Of a DNA stretch of 64,000 nt, positions 1 to 11,048 are shown in pieces. A program made the translations under genes and the position numbers. Positions within the stretch are counted from its first letter, which is position 1; each line of letters begins with the position of its first letter. The notes beneath the pieces are model-generated. The model worked only from the letters and a program-made list of their open reading frames with translations. It did not search any database and had not been told where the DNA came from. This DNA comes from an uncultured Actinomycetota bacterium (lineage in GTDB: Bacteria > Actinomycetota > Actinomycetes > Propionibacteriales > Propionibacteriaceae): contig CAWGWR010000009.1 of the NCBI GenBank assembly GCA_963826405.1, forward strand, positions 90,211 through 154,210. The letters are read 5' to 3'.

Positions 1-550
1 GGTCCAGGACCTCCAGCTCGGCGACCAGCGCCTCCGCCTCGGTCAGGCAGGGGAGGGTCTCCACCGCCAGCACGTCGGCCCCGGTCGCTGCCAACACCTC
101 CAGCCGGGGCCGGTGCCAACGGCGCAGCGCGGCCACGTCCATCCCGTAGTCGCCCCGGTACTCCGAGCCGTCGGCCAGGGCGGCGCCGTACGGCCCGACG
201 GAGGCGGCGACGAAGCGCCGGCGTCCGTCGCCGGCCTCCGCTGCGTCCCGGGCACGCTCGGCCAGGGCGACACTGCGCCGCAGCAACGCGGTCGTGGCAG
301 CCCGGTCGTACCCGGCCGCGGCCAGCCCGTCGAACGACGCCTGGTAGGACGCCGTCGTCGCCACCTCCGCCCCGGCGGCGAAGAACGCGGCGTGGGCCGC
401 GACCACGGCTTCCGGGTCCTCGGCCAGCAGGCGGGCTGACCAGAGGTCGGAGGAGAGGTCGTGGCCCTGCGCCTCGAGCTCGGTGGCCAGCCCGCCGTCG
501 AGGGTGAGGGCGCCTCCGGCCAGCGCGTCGGCCAGGCTCAAGCTGGTCAT
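1..550 (-). CDS. mmuM: Homocysteine S-methyltransferase (runs off the window edge)
   Basis: Manual translation from ATG at 550: MTSLSLADALAGGALTLDGGLATELEAQGHDLSSDLWSARLL...TTASYQAS...VAASVGPYGAALADGSEYRGDYG...LAVETLP. Missing from the ORF track because it is truncated. Confidence 0.93.
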   Translation of the reverse strand, partial: MTSLSLADALAGGALTLDGGLATELEAQGHDLSSDLWSARLLAEDPEAVVAAHAAFFAAGAEVATTASYQASFDGLAAAGYDRAATTALLRRSVALAERARDAAEAGDGRRRFVAASVGPYGAALADGSEYRGDYGMDVAALRRWHRPRLEVLAATGADVLAVETLPCLTEAEALVAELEVLD

Positions 551-682
551 GCGGCGGGCTCGGACATGACGGCGGACCTCCTGGGCATCAGGGAAGCGAG
601 CCTAGACCCGCCCACCGACGCACCGGAGCTGCCGGCAGCCGGAGACACTGGTGTTCCCGCGCTTCCTCGCGACAGGATCTCC

Positions 683-1090
683 GTGACCACCGCTGCCCGC
701 CCCCTAAGCCGCCGCGCCCTGCTCGCCCTCACCGGGGCCGGCGCAGCCCTCGGTGTGGTCGGCGCCTGCGGGTTGGAGCGGCCGTCACCAGAGGGCACCC
801 CCGGACCGCAGACCGCGTCGACCGGCGACATCCCCGTCGGTGGCGGCCGGATCTACCCCGCCTCACAGACGGTGCTCACCCAGCCGGTCGCGGGCGAGTT
901 CCGGGCCTACTCCTCCCTCTGCACCCATGCCGGGTGCCCGGTGACCGAGGTGACCGATGCGATCGTCTGCCGCTGTCACGGCAGCCGGTTCAGCCTGGCC
1001 GACGGTTCCGCGTTGAGCGGACCCGCGCGTGAGCCCCTGCCGGCCAAGGCCGTCACCGTCGAGAACGACACCCTCTCCGTCGCCGGCTGA
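683..1090 (+). CDS. Small Tat-exported Rieske [2Fe-2S] protein
   Basis: CTHAGC and CRCHGSRF Rieske motifs; SRRALL twin-arginine plus hydrophobic stretch. Start uncertain (GTG 683 or ATG 566). Confidence 0.85.
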   Translation: MTTAARPLSRRALLALTGAGAALGVVGACGLERPSPEGTPGPQTASTGDIPVGGGRIYPASQTVLTQPVAGEFRAYSSLCTHAGCPVTEVTDAIVCRCHGSRFSLADGSALSGPAREPLPAKAVTVENDTLSVAG

Positions 1091-1179
1091 AAGGTCGCGG
1101 AGCCACCCTCGGCGGTCTGCGCAGGGCGCGTGCGGCCTAAGGTGAAGCGGCCGATGACGTCGATCCCGAACGGGGACCC

Positions 1180-4100
1180 ATGCACGACGACCGGACCCTC
1201 CTCGAGGGCCGCCTGAGCCGTTTCGCCGCCGACCACCTCGCTCCCGCGGTCCACCGGGACCGCGCCCCGCTGACCCTGACGGCCTGGCCGGTGCCCGGCG
1301 AACCGGTGCCCTTCGTCGAGGCCGTCCGGCAGGAGTTCGGGCCGCTCGAGGTCGGGGCGGCGTGGGGCAGGCCGTGGAGCACCGTGTGGATCCACGTCAC
1401 GGGGGAGGTCCCCGCCGGCTGGGCAGACGATCCCCGGCACGGTTCCCGAGGTCGCCGTCGACCTCGGTTTCGGCACCGGTGCCGGCTTCCAGGCCGAGGG
1501 TCTGGCCTGGACCCCGGACGGGCAGACGATCAAGGCGGTCTCCCCCTACAACTCCCACCTGCCGGTGGCTCTCGGGCAGCCCGTGGACTTCTACCTGGAG
1601 TGCGCGGCCAACCCCGACGTCGCGCACACCGGCTTCCGGCCCACTCCGGACGGGGACCCGGCCACCGCCGGGTCCGAGCCGATCTACCGGCTCCGCCGGC
1701 TCGAGCTCGTGCTGCGGGACGTGGCCGTGACGGAGCTGCAGGCCGACCTGTTCACCCTGGGCGGCCTGATGGCCGAGCTCCCCCTCGGCTCCAGCCGCCG
1801 CGCCGAGATCCTGGCCGCCCTGCAGCGGGCCGTCGACACCGCCGATCCCGACGATCTCGCCGGTACCGCCGCGCAGGCGCGCGCCGAGCTGGCCGATGTG
1901 CTCAGCCGACCCGCCTCGGCCAGCGCCCACCGTGTCGTCGCCGTCGGCCACGCCCACATCGACAGCGCCTGGCTGTGGCCCGTCCGCGAGACCATCCGCA
2001 AGTGCGCCCGCACCTTCTCCAACGTCTTGGAGCTGGCCGACGCGGACCCGGACTTCCGCTTCGCCTGCTCCTCGGCGCAGCAGTACGCCTGGATGAAGCA
2101 GCACTACCCCGAGCTGTTCGCCCGGATCACGGCCGCCGTGCACCGCGGCCAGTTCGTCCCCGTCGGCGGCATGTGGGTCGAGTCGGACACGAACATGCCG
2201 GGCGGTGAGGCCATGGCCCGCCAGTTCGTCGCCGGCAAGGGCTTCTTCCTGGAGAACTTCGGCATCGAGACCGAGGAGGTCTGGCTGCCGGACAGCTTCG
2301 GCTACTCCGGGGCGCTGCCCCAGATCGTCCGCGCGTCAGGCTCCCGCTGGTTCCTCACCCAGAAGATCTCCTGGAACCAGGTCAACACCATGCCCCACCA
2401 CACCTTCTGGTGGGAGGGGATCGACGGCAGCAGGGTCTTCACCCACTTCCCACCCTCGGACACCTACAACTCCACGCTCTCCGGCGCCGACCTGGCCCGG
2501 GCGGAGCGGCAGTACCGCGAGAAGGGCCGCGGCACCACCTCGCTGCTGCTGTTCGGCTACGGCGACGGCGGGGGCGGGCCGAACCGCGACATGCTCGCCG
2601 CCGCCCACCGGCTGAAGTCGCTGGAGGGCTCGCCCACGCTGCGGCTCGGTTCCCCGGCCAGCTTCTTCGCCGACGCCGAGGCCGAGTACCCCGGCGCCCC
2701 GGTGTGGACCGGGGAGATGTACCTGGAGCTGCACCGCGGCACCTACACCAGCCAGGCGCGCACCAAGCAGGGCAACCGGCGCAGCGAGCACCTGCTCCGC
2801 GAGGCCGAGCTCTGGGCGTCGACGGCGACCCTCCGGCTGGGCCGCGACTACCCGGCGGCCGAGCTGAAGGAGCTGTGGGAGCTGGTGCTGCTGCAGCAGT
2901 TCCACGACATCCTGCCCGGCAGCTCCATCGCGTGGGTGCACGCCGACGCCGAACGCAACTACGCCGCCATCGCCGAGCGGGCCGAGGCGATCATCGCCGC
3001 GGCCGCGTTGGCGCTGGTCGGCGAGGGCGACCAGCCGCTGCTGCTCAACGCGGCGCCTCACGCCCGCTCAGGCGTGCCCGCGCTGGGAGCGGGGGTGGTC
3101 GTGCCCGCGTCCGGCGAGGTGAGGGTCGAGGAGGTGACCGACGCACAGGGTCGTCCGGCGCACCGCCTCGACAACAGCGTCCTTCGCCTGGTCGTCGACG
3201 GAGCGGGCCAGCTCTCCTCCCTGGTGGACGCCGCCAGCGGCCGGGAGGCCATCGCCCCCGGGGAGAAGGGGCTTCGGCTCCAGCTCCACCGCGACATCCC
3301 CAACCAGTGGGACGCGTGGGACGTCGACGAGCACTACCGGCGCACCGTCCGCGAGCTCGACGCCGCGGACGAGATCCGCCTGGAGAAGACGGCCGAGGCG
3401 GCCACCGTCGTCGTCACCCGCTCCTTCGGCGCCTCCCGGATCGAGCAGCGGATCACCCTGGCCGTCGGGGCGCCGTCGGTGGAGGTCACCAGCACCGTCG
3501 ACTGGCACGAGAAGCAGAAGCTGCTCAAGCTCGGCTCTGCGTTCGACGTCCACGCCGACCGCTCGGCCTCGGAGACGCAGTTCGGGCACATCTTCCGGTC
3601 CACCCACGTCAACACCTCCTGGGAGTTCGCCCGCTTCGAGATCTGCGCCCACCGGTTCGTGCACATCGGCGAGCCCGGGTACGGCGTCGCGGTGACCAAC
3701 GACTCGACCTACGGCCACGACGTCGGGCGGCACACCCGGGCCGACGGCGGGACCACGACGACCGTTCGCCAGTCGCTGCTCCGGGCGCCGCTCTACCCGG
3801 ACCCGGACGCCGACCAGGGCCGGCACGTGCTGCGCACGACGATCCGGCCCGGTGCAGCGATCGCCGACGCCGTCGAGGAGGGGTACCGGACCAACCTGGC
3901 CCCGCGCGTGGTGCAGGGGGCGCACCCGGTCGCCCCTCTGGTCGTCGTCGACCACCCGGCGGTGGTGGTGGAGGCGGTGAAGCTGGCCGAGGACGGCAGC
4001 GGTGACCTGGTCGTGAGGCTGTACGAGTCCCTCGGCGGCCGCGCCCGGACCACCGTCCGCGTCGACGCCGATGTCGCCGGCGTCGCCGCGACCGACCTGC

Positions 4101-4198
4101 TGGAGCGCCCCCTGGCGGGCGGTCTGGCGGCCGAGGGCGCCTCCGCCGACCTCGAGCTGCGCCCCTTCCAGCTGGTCACCCTGCGGTTCCGCCGCTGA
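1180..4198 (+). CDS. GH38 alpha-mannosidase with apparent +1 frameshift at ~1432-1435
   Basis: GHAHIDSAWLW, GGMWVESD, WLPDSFGYS, FGYGDGGGGP, QFHDILPGSS motifs. The N-terminus lies in ORF 1180 and joins ORF 1565 if one C of CCCC (1432-1435) is removed (WADDPGTVPEVAVDLGF). Confidence 0.9.
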
Positions 4199-4200
4199 GT

Positions 4201-4278
4201 CCCTGGAAAGTCAGCGCTCGATGGCCCCTGAGGGCCCACACGGGGGCGGTCCAGCCATCCCGCGCCGGTTTTCCAGGG
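4201..4278. repeat. Short inverted repeat between convergent genes (possible bidirectional terminator)
   Basis: CCCTGGAAA (4201-4209) and TTTCCAGGG (4270-4278). Confidence 0.4.
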
Positions 4279-4289
4279 GGAAGCCGCGC

Positions 4290-5987
4290 TCAAAGGGCGG
4301 CGAGGGCCTCCACCAGGTCGTCCAGACCGAGGCTGCCCTGGCTCAGGGCGGCCATGTGCCACGCCTTGAGGTCGAAGGCCTCGCCGTGCGCGGTACGGGC
4401 CGCTTCCCGGCCGGCCAGCCAGGCACGTTCGCCCAGCTTGTAGCTGATGGCCTGGCCGGGCATGCCGAGGTAGCGGACGAGCTCGCTGTCGAGGTACTCC
4501 GCGTCGCCGCCGCAGTGCTCCCCCAGGAAGGCGCGTCCCAGCCTGGGCGTCCAAGGCCGCCCCCGGTGGGCAGCCAGGACGCCGTCGGCGTCCTCGGGGA
4601 CAGGGAGCCCCAGGTGCATGCCGATGTCGATGACCACCCTGACCGCCCGCAGCTGCTGCCCCTCCAAGTAGCCCAGGCGCGCTGCGGGGTCGGTCAGGAA
4701 CCCCAGCTCGTCCATCAGCCGCTCGGCGTAGAGCGCCCAGCCCTCCACGTCGGCCCCCACCGCGCCGACGACCGTCTGGAACGTCGACAGGCTGCCGGCG
4801 ACGTGGGTCCACTGCGCCAGCTGCAGATGGTGACCCGGCACGCCTTCGTGGTACCAGGTGGACACCAGGTTCCACAGGGGGAAACGGGTCCGGCCGAGCG
4901 TCGGCAGCCAGGTGCGGCCCGGCCGCGAGAAGTCCTGGGACGGCTCGGTGTAGTAGGGGGCCGCCGCGCTGCCGGGCGGGGCGATCATGGCTTCCACCCG
5001 CCGGACCGGCGGCGCCAGGTCGACGTGGGTGCCGTCGAGGGCCTCCATCGCCTCGTCCATCATCTGCTGCAGACGGAGGCGGATCTGCTCGACGCCCTCG
5101 ACCGCCTCGCCGTGCTCGTCGAGCCAGTCCATCGCCTCACGCGGGGTTGATCCCGGGAGCACCTTCTCGGCGGCCGCACGCTGCTCGGCGCGGATCCGCC
5201 GGAACTCCGCCCAGCCGAAGGCGTAGGTGTCCTCCAGCCCGGTGCCCCCGCCCAGATCGGTCCCGTTCCAGTACCGGGCGAACCGGGCGTAGCGCTCGCG
5301 ACCGACGACGTCGGGGGTCCCCTCGGCCCGCGGGCCGTAGGTGTCTCGGAGGAAGTCCCGGACGGCGACGACGGCCTCGTCCGCCGCTGCCGCAGCGCGG
5401 TCCAGCTGGTCGCGGAGCTCGACAGGGCCCGGCGCCACCAGGGAGACGAAGTACGGACCGGCCGACCACTCCGTCAGCTGCTCCACCACGGTCGCCACCT
5501 GGAGCGGGCCGGCGAACAGCCCCTGCCGTGCACCCTCGGTCAGGGTGGCGCAGTAGCCCTGGTAGGCCTGCGGGACCCGGGCCAGCCGCCGGACGACCAC
5601 GTCCCAGTCCTGCGTCGTCGCCGTCGGCATCAGCTGGAACGCGTCGCGGACCTGGTGAAGGGGGGAGAAGAGGTTGCTCAGCGACCGCAGCCCCTCGCCC
5701 GCCTCGTGCAGGGCGAGGGCGGCCGTGAGCCGTTCACGGAGCAGCCGGGCGCACCGCTGCTCGACCAGGTCGAGCCCGGAGGCCCCGGCCAGCACGCGGT
5801 CCAGCTCGGTCAGCGTCGACCGCTGCAGTGCGGCGACCGCTTCCGAACCGGCGGGCGAGAGGTCGGGCAACCCGTCCGACGCCGGCGTCCGACCCAAGGC
5901 CGTGGCCAGGGTGGGGTCGAGCTCGCACAGCCGGTCGACATAGCCGTCGGCGACCTGGCGGGGGGAGGGGACGTCGGACCCGGTCAT
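4290..5987 (-). CDS. DUF885 family protein (putative metallopeptidase-like)
   Basis: WYHEGVPGHHLQ and EGWALYAERL motifs, PGQAISYKLG near the C-terminus; ATG 5987 preceded by GGAGG. Confidence 0.88.
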   Translation of the reverse strand: MTGSDVPSPRQVADGYVDRLCELDPTLATALGRTPASDGLPDLSPAGSEAVAALQRSTLTELDRVLAGASGLDLVEQRCARLLRERLTAALALHEAGEGLRSLSNLFSPLHQVRDAFQLMPTATTQDWDVVVRRLARVPQAYQGYCATLTEGARQGLFAGPLQVATVVEQLTEWSAGPYFVSLVAPGPVELRDQLDRAAAAADEAVVAVRDFLRDTYGPRAEGTPDVVGRERYARFARYWNGTDLGGGTGLEDTYAFGWAEFRRIRAEQRAAAEKVLPGSTPREAMDWLDEHGEAVEGVEQIRLRLQQMMDEAMEALDGTHVDLAPPVRRVEAMIAPPGSAAAPYYTEPSQDFSRPGRTWLPTLGRTRFPLWNLVSTWYHEGVPGHHLQLAQWTHVAGSLSTFQTVVGAVGADVEGWALYAERLMDELGFLTDPAARLGYLEGQQLRAVRVVIDIGMHLGLPVPEDADGVLAAHRGRPWTPRLGRAFLGEHCGGDAEYLDSELVRYLGMPGQAISYKLGERAWLAGREAARTAHGEAFDLKAWHMAALSQGSLGLDDLVEALAAL

Positions 5988-6194
5988 CTCATTACCTCCG
6001 CACGGCCGCGGGGGAGGAAGGGCCGTACCGACGCACCGTACCCACGGCGCGGCGGTGCCCATCAAGGCCCGGCACGGCCGGGGTCCGCCTGCGACCCCGG
6101 GCCACCGAGCGATCGGGGGGGGCGTATCTCGTGCGCCAGGCGCGGTCCGCGCCATCCCCGGGATTCAGCGGCTGTGTGCCAGGACCGAGGCAGG

Positions 6195-7763
6195 ATGTCA
6201 GGCCGGGCCGCCCCGCGGCACTCCCTCCAGGCCCTGCAGGAGGCCGTGCTCAAGGCCTCGCCCGACATCCTCTTCGTCTACGACGTCCCCAGCCGGTCGA
6301 CCGTCTGGCAGAACCGCTCGGTCACCAGGGTCCTCGGCCACCTCGACTTCGGGCCGCGCGGCGGCCTCGGCGACCTGGCCCGCGGCCTGGTCCACCCCGA
6401 GGACCTCGACCTCTTCGACGCCGCCCTGTCCGGGGCCCACGACCCGACGGGCGAGGACCCCATCCACGTCGACTACCGGATGTTCAGTGCCGATGGCTCG
6501 GTGCGCTGGTTGTCGCGACGCACCGCGCCTCTGACGCGGGACGAGGGCGGCGTCGTCACCCAGGTGGCCGGGGTCCTGCGGGACACCACCGAACAGCAAG
6601 CTGTGGCCGAGGCCCTGGCGGAGAGCGAGTCGCTGTTTCACCAGCTTGCGGACAGCATCGACGTCGCCTTCCTGCTCCGGAGCCTCGACCCGCCGGCTTT
6701 CCTCTCCGTCAGCCCCCGGTTCGAGCAGCTGTTCGGCTACGACCCGATGAAGGTGCACCAGACCCCGGAGGAGAGCCTCAGCCGCATCCACCCTGACGAC
6801 CTCGCGCAATTCCTCGAGGAGTACTGGAAGCCCTGTCAGGCGGGTCGCGCAGCGACGCTGGACTACCGGATCATCAGCCTCTCCGGTGAGGTGCGGTGGA
6901 TCCGGGCTCGGACCTGGCCGGTCGTCCAGCTGGCTGACGGTCTCCGCCGGGCCGCCAGCACCGTCGAGGACGTGACGGCCGCCCACCGGATCGAGACCGA
7001 CCTCAGGGGGGCCTGCGAGGCCGGGACCGCGGCCATCAAGGCCGGCCGGGACGCCGCGCTCGCCGCAATCCAGGTGCAGAACGATTTCGCGGCCTCGGCC
7101 TCCCACGAGCTGCGCACCCCCACCGCCTCCATCCTCGGGTTTCTCGAGGAGGTGCTGGAGAACGACCAGCTCGGCGAGGACGACCGGCACTGTCTGGACG
7201 TGGCCTACCGCAGCGCCCAGCGCCTGAGCCGTCTCATCGACGACCTGCTGGTGATGGGGGAAGCCGACAGCAGCCACGCGCGCTCCCGGGTGGCAGCGAC
7301 GCCTCTGCTGCCGCTGATCCACCTGGTGCTGTCGTCGCTGTCCACGGTCGCCCTCCGTGGAGGGGTCGAGCTGGTCCCTCCCCCGCAGGGCGACGACGCC
7401 GACCCGAGGGTCCTCGGGGACCCCCTGCGGCTGGAGCAGGTGCTGACCAACCTGCTGGGCAACGCCGTGAAGTTCACCCGCCCCGGCGGCCAGGTCGCCG
7501 TGCGGGTGAAGTCCGCCGCCGACACCGTCGCGGTCGCCGTCTCCGACACCGGCATCGGCATCGAGCCCGACGCGCTGCCCCAGGTCTTCGACCGCTTCTA
7601 CCGCGCCACGACCATGGCCGGAGGCGTCAAGGGCACCGGTCTCGGCCTGTCGATCACCCGTCAGATGGTCGAGGCCCAGGGTGGCACGCTGAGCGTGACG
7701 AGCGCCCCCGGCCGAGGTTCGACCTTCACCATGACGCTGCCGGCGGCACCTCCCGGGAGCTGA
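6195..7763 (+). CDS. Soluble PAS-PAS sensor histidine kinase (orphan)
   Basis: Two PAS_3-like repeats (VHPEDL..VDYRM..GSVRWL; IHPDDL..LDYRII..GEVRWI), H-box SHELRTP, N-box LTNLLGNAVKF, DTGIGI, GTGLGL. Confidence 0.9.
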   Translation: MSGRAAPRHSLQALQEAVLKASPDILFVYDVPSRSTVWQNRSVTRVLGHLDFGPRGGLGDLARGLVHPEDLDLFDAALSGAHDPTGEDPIHVDYRMFSADGSVRWLSRRTAPLTRDEGGVVTQVAGVLRDTTEQQAVAEALAESESLFHQLADSIDVAFLLRSLDPPAFLSVSPRFEQLFGYDPMKVHQTPEESLSRIHPDDLAQFLEEYWKPCQAGRAATLDYRIISLSGEVRWIRARTWPVVQLADGLRRAASTVEDVTAAHRIETDLRGACEAGTAAIKAGRDAALAAIQVQNDFAASASHELRTPTASILGFLEEVLENDQLGEDDRHCLDVAYRSAQRLSRLIDDLLVMGEADSSHARSRVAATPLLPLIHLVLSSLSTVALRGGVELVPPPQGDDADPRVLGDPLRLEQVLTNLLGNAVKFTRPGGQVAVRVKSAADTVAVAVSDTGIGIEPDALPQVFDRFYRATTMAGGVKGTGLGLSITRQMVEAQGGTLSVTSAPGRGSTFTMTLPAAPPGS

Positions 7764-7890
7764 AGCGTGGGATGTGGCCAGGGGTGGCCCAGGAGGGGCC
7801 GCCCACGCCGGGTAGAGCCGGGGGTACCAGAGAACAGCCCCCGTTCCTGAGCCTGGCCCGGACGCCGACCTCAGCACCGGCCTGACGCTG

Positions 7891-8199
7891 GGCCTGTCCA
7901 CCCGGGAAGCGGAAGCCCGCGGGCGCCAGGGCCAGGGGAACCGGGCCGTGAGCGCGTCGTCGCGCAGCTACGGGCGCATCCTGCGGACCAACGTCTTCAC
8001 CCTGTAGAACACCATCCTCTTCGTCATCGGCGGCGCTCTCCGGGCCCTGGGGTGCTCCAACGACGCCTTCATCAGCGTCCCGATCGGCCTGCTGAACGCG
8101 GTGGTCAGCGCCGTGCAGGAGATCCGGGCGAAGCGCCAGCTTGACGGCCTCCAGGGGGATTGGGCGAGCACCGCAACCTCCGGAAGCGCTGATCCCTAG
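7891..8199 (+). pseudogene. N-terminal remnant of a CtpE-like P-type cation ATPase
   Basis: Manual translation GLSTREAEARGRQGQGNRAVSASSRSYGRILRTNVFTL*NTILF...LNAVVSAVQEIRAKRQLD. In-frame TAG at 8005-8007; no DKTGT domain follows. Confidence 0.75.
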
Positions 8200-8394
8200 C
8201 CACGCCGCCACGGTCGCCCTGGAGCTCCCGGGCCCAGATTCCCCCTCAGGTGAGCACCCCGCCAGCACAACGAGCACCGGCGAGCGTGAGGGGCGGCCGG
8301 TAAGCCGGTGATGACCGACCAGAAGAGAACCTCCGCCGCCTTCACACCTGGGACACAGCGGGCCCTCAGAGGCGGACGCAGGGTGGCTGCCCGG

Positions 8395-9207
8395 TCAGCG
8401 CCTGGGGGCGGTTCCGATGTCGGGGTTGTTCGCAATGCCTTGGTCGAGCGCACCAGGGGCGTTGGCGCCTGTGATGGCGGCGTAGCTGGCTCCGGCGATG
8501 GCCGCGCCGATGATCGGAGCGACGATGAACAACCAGACCTGGCTGAGGGCGTCGCCGCCGGCGAACCAGGCGACCCCGATGGAGCGGGCCGGGTTCACCG
8601 AGGTGTTGGTGACCGGGATGCTGATCAGGTGAATGAGGGTCAGGGCGAGGCCGATCGCGATCGGGGCGAAGCCCTTGGGTGCCCGGTCGTCGGTGGCTCC
8701 GAGGATGACGTAGAGGAAGGCCGCTGTCAGCACGATCTCGGTGAGCAGGGCGGCGCCGAGCCCGTAGCCGCCGGGCGACAGCTCGCCGTAGCCGTTGGAG
8801 GCAAAGCCGCTCTCCTTCGCGCTGAATCCCGCCCGGTCGTTGGCGATGATGTAGAGGACCAGGGCGGCCAGGGTGGCGGCGACCACCTGGGTGACGATGT
8901 AGGGCAGCACACCCTTCCAGTCGAACCGCTTCGCAACGGCCAAGCCGATGGTGACGGCCGGGTTGAAGTGGCCACCGGAGACGTGGCCGAACGCGTAGGC
9001 GCCGGTCAGCACCGTCAGGCCGAAGGCAAGCGCTACACCGACGAAGCCGATGCCAAGTTGGGTGTTGTCTTCGGTGAGGAACTTGGCAGCCAACACGGCG
9101 CTGCCGCAGCCGCCGAAGACCAGCCCGAAGGTACCGAGGAACTCAGCGCCGAGCTTGGCGCCGAGAGTGGGCTCCCGCACAGAAAACGTCCTCTCACCAT
9201 GCTCCAC
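8395..9207 (-). CDS. aqpZ: Aquaporin Z
   Basis: [10 protein letters not shown] and [13 protein letters not shown] boxes; [21 protein letters not shown] typical of AqpZ. Confidence 0.93.
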   Translation of the reverse strand: MEHGERTFSVREPTLGAKLGAEFLGTFGLVFGGCGSAVLAAKFLTEDNTQLGIGFVGVALAFGLTVLTGAYAFGHVSGGHFNPAVTIGLAVAKRFDWKGVLPYIVTQVVAATLAALVLYIIANDRAGFSAKESGFASNGYGELSPGGYGLGAALLTEIVLTAAFLYVILGATDDRAPKGFAPIAIGLALTLIHLISIPVTNTSVNPARSIGVAWFAGGDALSQVWLFIVAPIIGAAIAGASYAAITGANAPGALDQGIANNPDIGTAPRR

Positions 9208-9743
9208 GTGCGGCAGATGACACCGATCCGCCCGAGGAGTCCGAATTCTTTTGAGGGCCACAGGCTAGCGGTAGGAAACGCTTCCACGGGTGACCCGAGC
9301 CGTCGGATCCCCGGCGGGTCCGTCACATCCGTCCATCTCCTTGCACGACGATGGACGCGCTGACCAGTTAGTGGGGTGAGCTGATAGGCCCTGCCGGCGG
9401 GCCCGGGCGGACCCTACCGTTGTCGCGCCCCCACCGGGTGAGTCCTGCAGCTGCCCGTCCAGGGACGCAGCCGGCCGGAGAACCCTCGTCGTTGTTGACC
9501 ATCAGGTCTCGCCCTCCTTCAGCGAATCCCACGCACCCCTGACGCGGTGCCCCTCAGGATCCGGCGGGCGGCTGGGGGTCAGGCAGGTGCGGTGCAGCGA
9601 CTGCTCGTCAAACGCGCCCAGCGTGGGCACCGGCAGCGATGATCCCCAGCGCTAGTGACAATCTGGGGGCCTGTGCGCCGCAGTCCGAATATCTCCCGGC
9701 CTACGTCAGGTGCGCACAGGAAGTGCCACCAGGAAGGGAGCCG

Positions 9744-10403
9744 GTGCGGTTCACAGCTGTCGGAATCATCCGTCTCGTCGCGGGGGTCAGCGGCGTAGCG
9801 GCCGTCCTCGCGACGCTGCTGGACACAGCTTCGAGGACGCCGATCAACCCGTTCAACTTCTTCGGCTTCTTCACCATCCAGAGCAACGTCCTCTTCAGCC
9901 TGACCATCATCATCACCGCTGTCGCCACCCTTCGTGGCCGACTTCAAGGTAGGAGTCTGGTCTTCGTCCGGGGCTGCGTCACGACCTACATCTTCCTGGT
10001 CGGAGTCGTCTACAACGCCCTTCTCTCTGGCTTGGAAGGAGGCGTGGCGTTGCCCTGGGCCAACGCGATGACCCATGTCGTGCTGCCGATCTACGGGGTG
10101 CTCGACTGGGTTCTGTTCGCTGACCGGCCGCCGCTGCCATGGGAACGGATGTGGGCGGTGCTGCTCTTTCCGCTGGTCTGGCTGGTCGTCGTCCTGACGC
10201 GCGGGGCCACCGACGGGTGGGTGCCGTACCCGTTCCTGGACCCGGCAACGGGGTACGGCTCAGTCAGCATCTACTGCGTAGCCATCTGCGCGTTCACTGT
10301 CCTCGCTGCCGCCGGAGCATGGGCGGTCAGCCGCCTCAACTTCATCAGGCTCAGCCCTTCATCCCCTCCGCCTCTAGCCGAGGCAAGCCGCAGCGCTGCC
10401 TGA
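9744..10403 (+). CDS. Pr6Pr family membrane protein
   Basis: NFFGFFTIQSN, VYNALL, HVVLPI..DW, WVPYPFLDP motifs; several hydrophobic segments. Confidence 0.8.
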   Translation: MRFTAVGIIRLVAGVSGVAAVLATLLDTASRTPINPFNFFGFFTIQSNVLFSLTIIITAVATLRGRLQGRSLVFVRGCVTTYIFLVGVVYNALLSGLEGGVALPWANAMTHVVLPIYGVLDWVLFADRPPLPWERMWAVLLFPLVWLVVVLTRGATDGWVPYPFLDPATGYGSVSIYCVAICAFTVLAAAGAWAVSRLNFIRLSPSSPPPLAEASRSAA

Positions 10404-10783
10404 CGCCTCTGTGCAGTGCCCGCCGGACGGATCTCGCTCGCTGACCGTCGGGTCCAGCGGGGAGGGAGTCGGGAGGCCTGTCAACAGAGTGGTCGTGGCA
10501 AAGCCGAAGGCCAGTACGACCGACGGGGGGACGCCCCGGGGGCTGCAGGTTGGCGTTCTGGCCGTGGGTCGTGGGCGGATCGGTGTGGGGCTCGGCGGCT
10601 GGCACAGCCGGCAGGCCGCTGCCGCCCAGCACGCTGAGGCCGTGTCAGGCGCGCGAGCCTGGTTGCGTCCCGGGACTGAAGGGCGCTGTGGAAGGCATGG
10701 CACGACGGCCGGGAAACAGTCAAAGCCGGGCCTACCCCGTAGGGTCGACCCGGCCTTGATGTCGGGAGAACCTCCCGGCTCTG

Positions 10784-10866
10784 TGCGCGAGGGGGGACTT
10801 GAACCCCCACGTCCTTTCGGACACTGGCACCTGAAGCCAGCGCGTCTGCCATTCCGCCACTCGCGC
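10784..10866 (-). tRNA. tRNA-Leu(CAG); 3' CCA not encoded
   Basis: Minus strand GCGCGAGTGGCGGAATGGCAGACGCGCTGGCTTCAGGTGCCAGTGTCCGAAAGGACGTGGGGGTTCAAGTCCCCCCTCGCGCA: paired acceptor stem, CAG anticodon, long variable arm, GTTCAA T-loop. Confidence 0.97.
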
Positions 10867-11048
10867 TCGATCCAACCGGGACAAGTCCCGTCCGAACCAG
10901 CCGCAGAAGGCTAGCACGAACGAGCGGGCGCCCCGGACACCAAGGACCGCGGGGCCGCCGGCTCGGAGCGCGGGTCGAGCGCGGAAGGTCGGATCCGCAC
11001 CGCCCCTCCCGTTAGGCTCTGGGAGACCAAGCCAGCGGAAGGAGGGAC

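Noticed and set aside
10497-10540. GGCAAAGCCGAAGGC resembling a c-di-GMP-I riboswitch
   Set aside because: The second GCAAAG-containing stem and downstream architecture are missing, and no gene follows in a suitable position.
10760-10810. tRNA-Leu as the att site of an integrated element
   Set aside because: No duplicate of the tRNA 3' end and no integrase were seen in the window.
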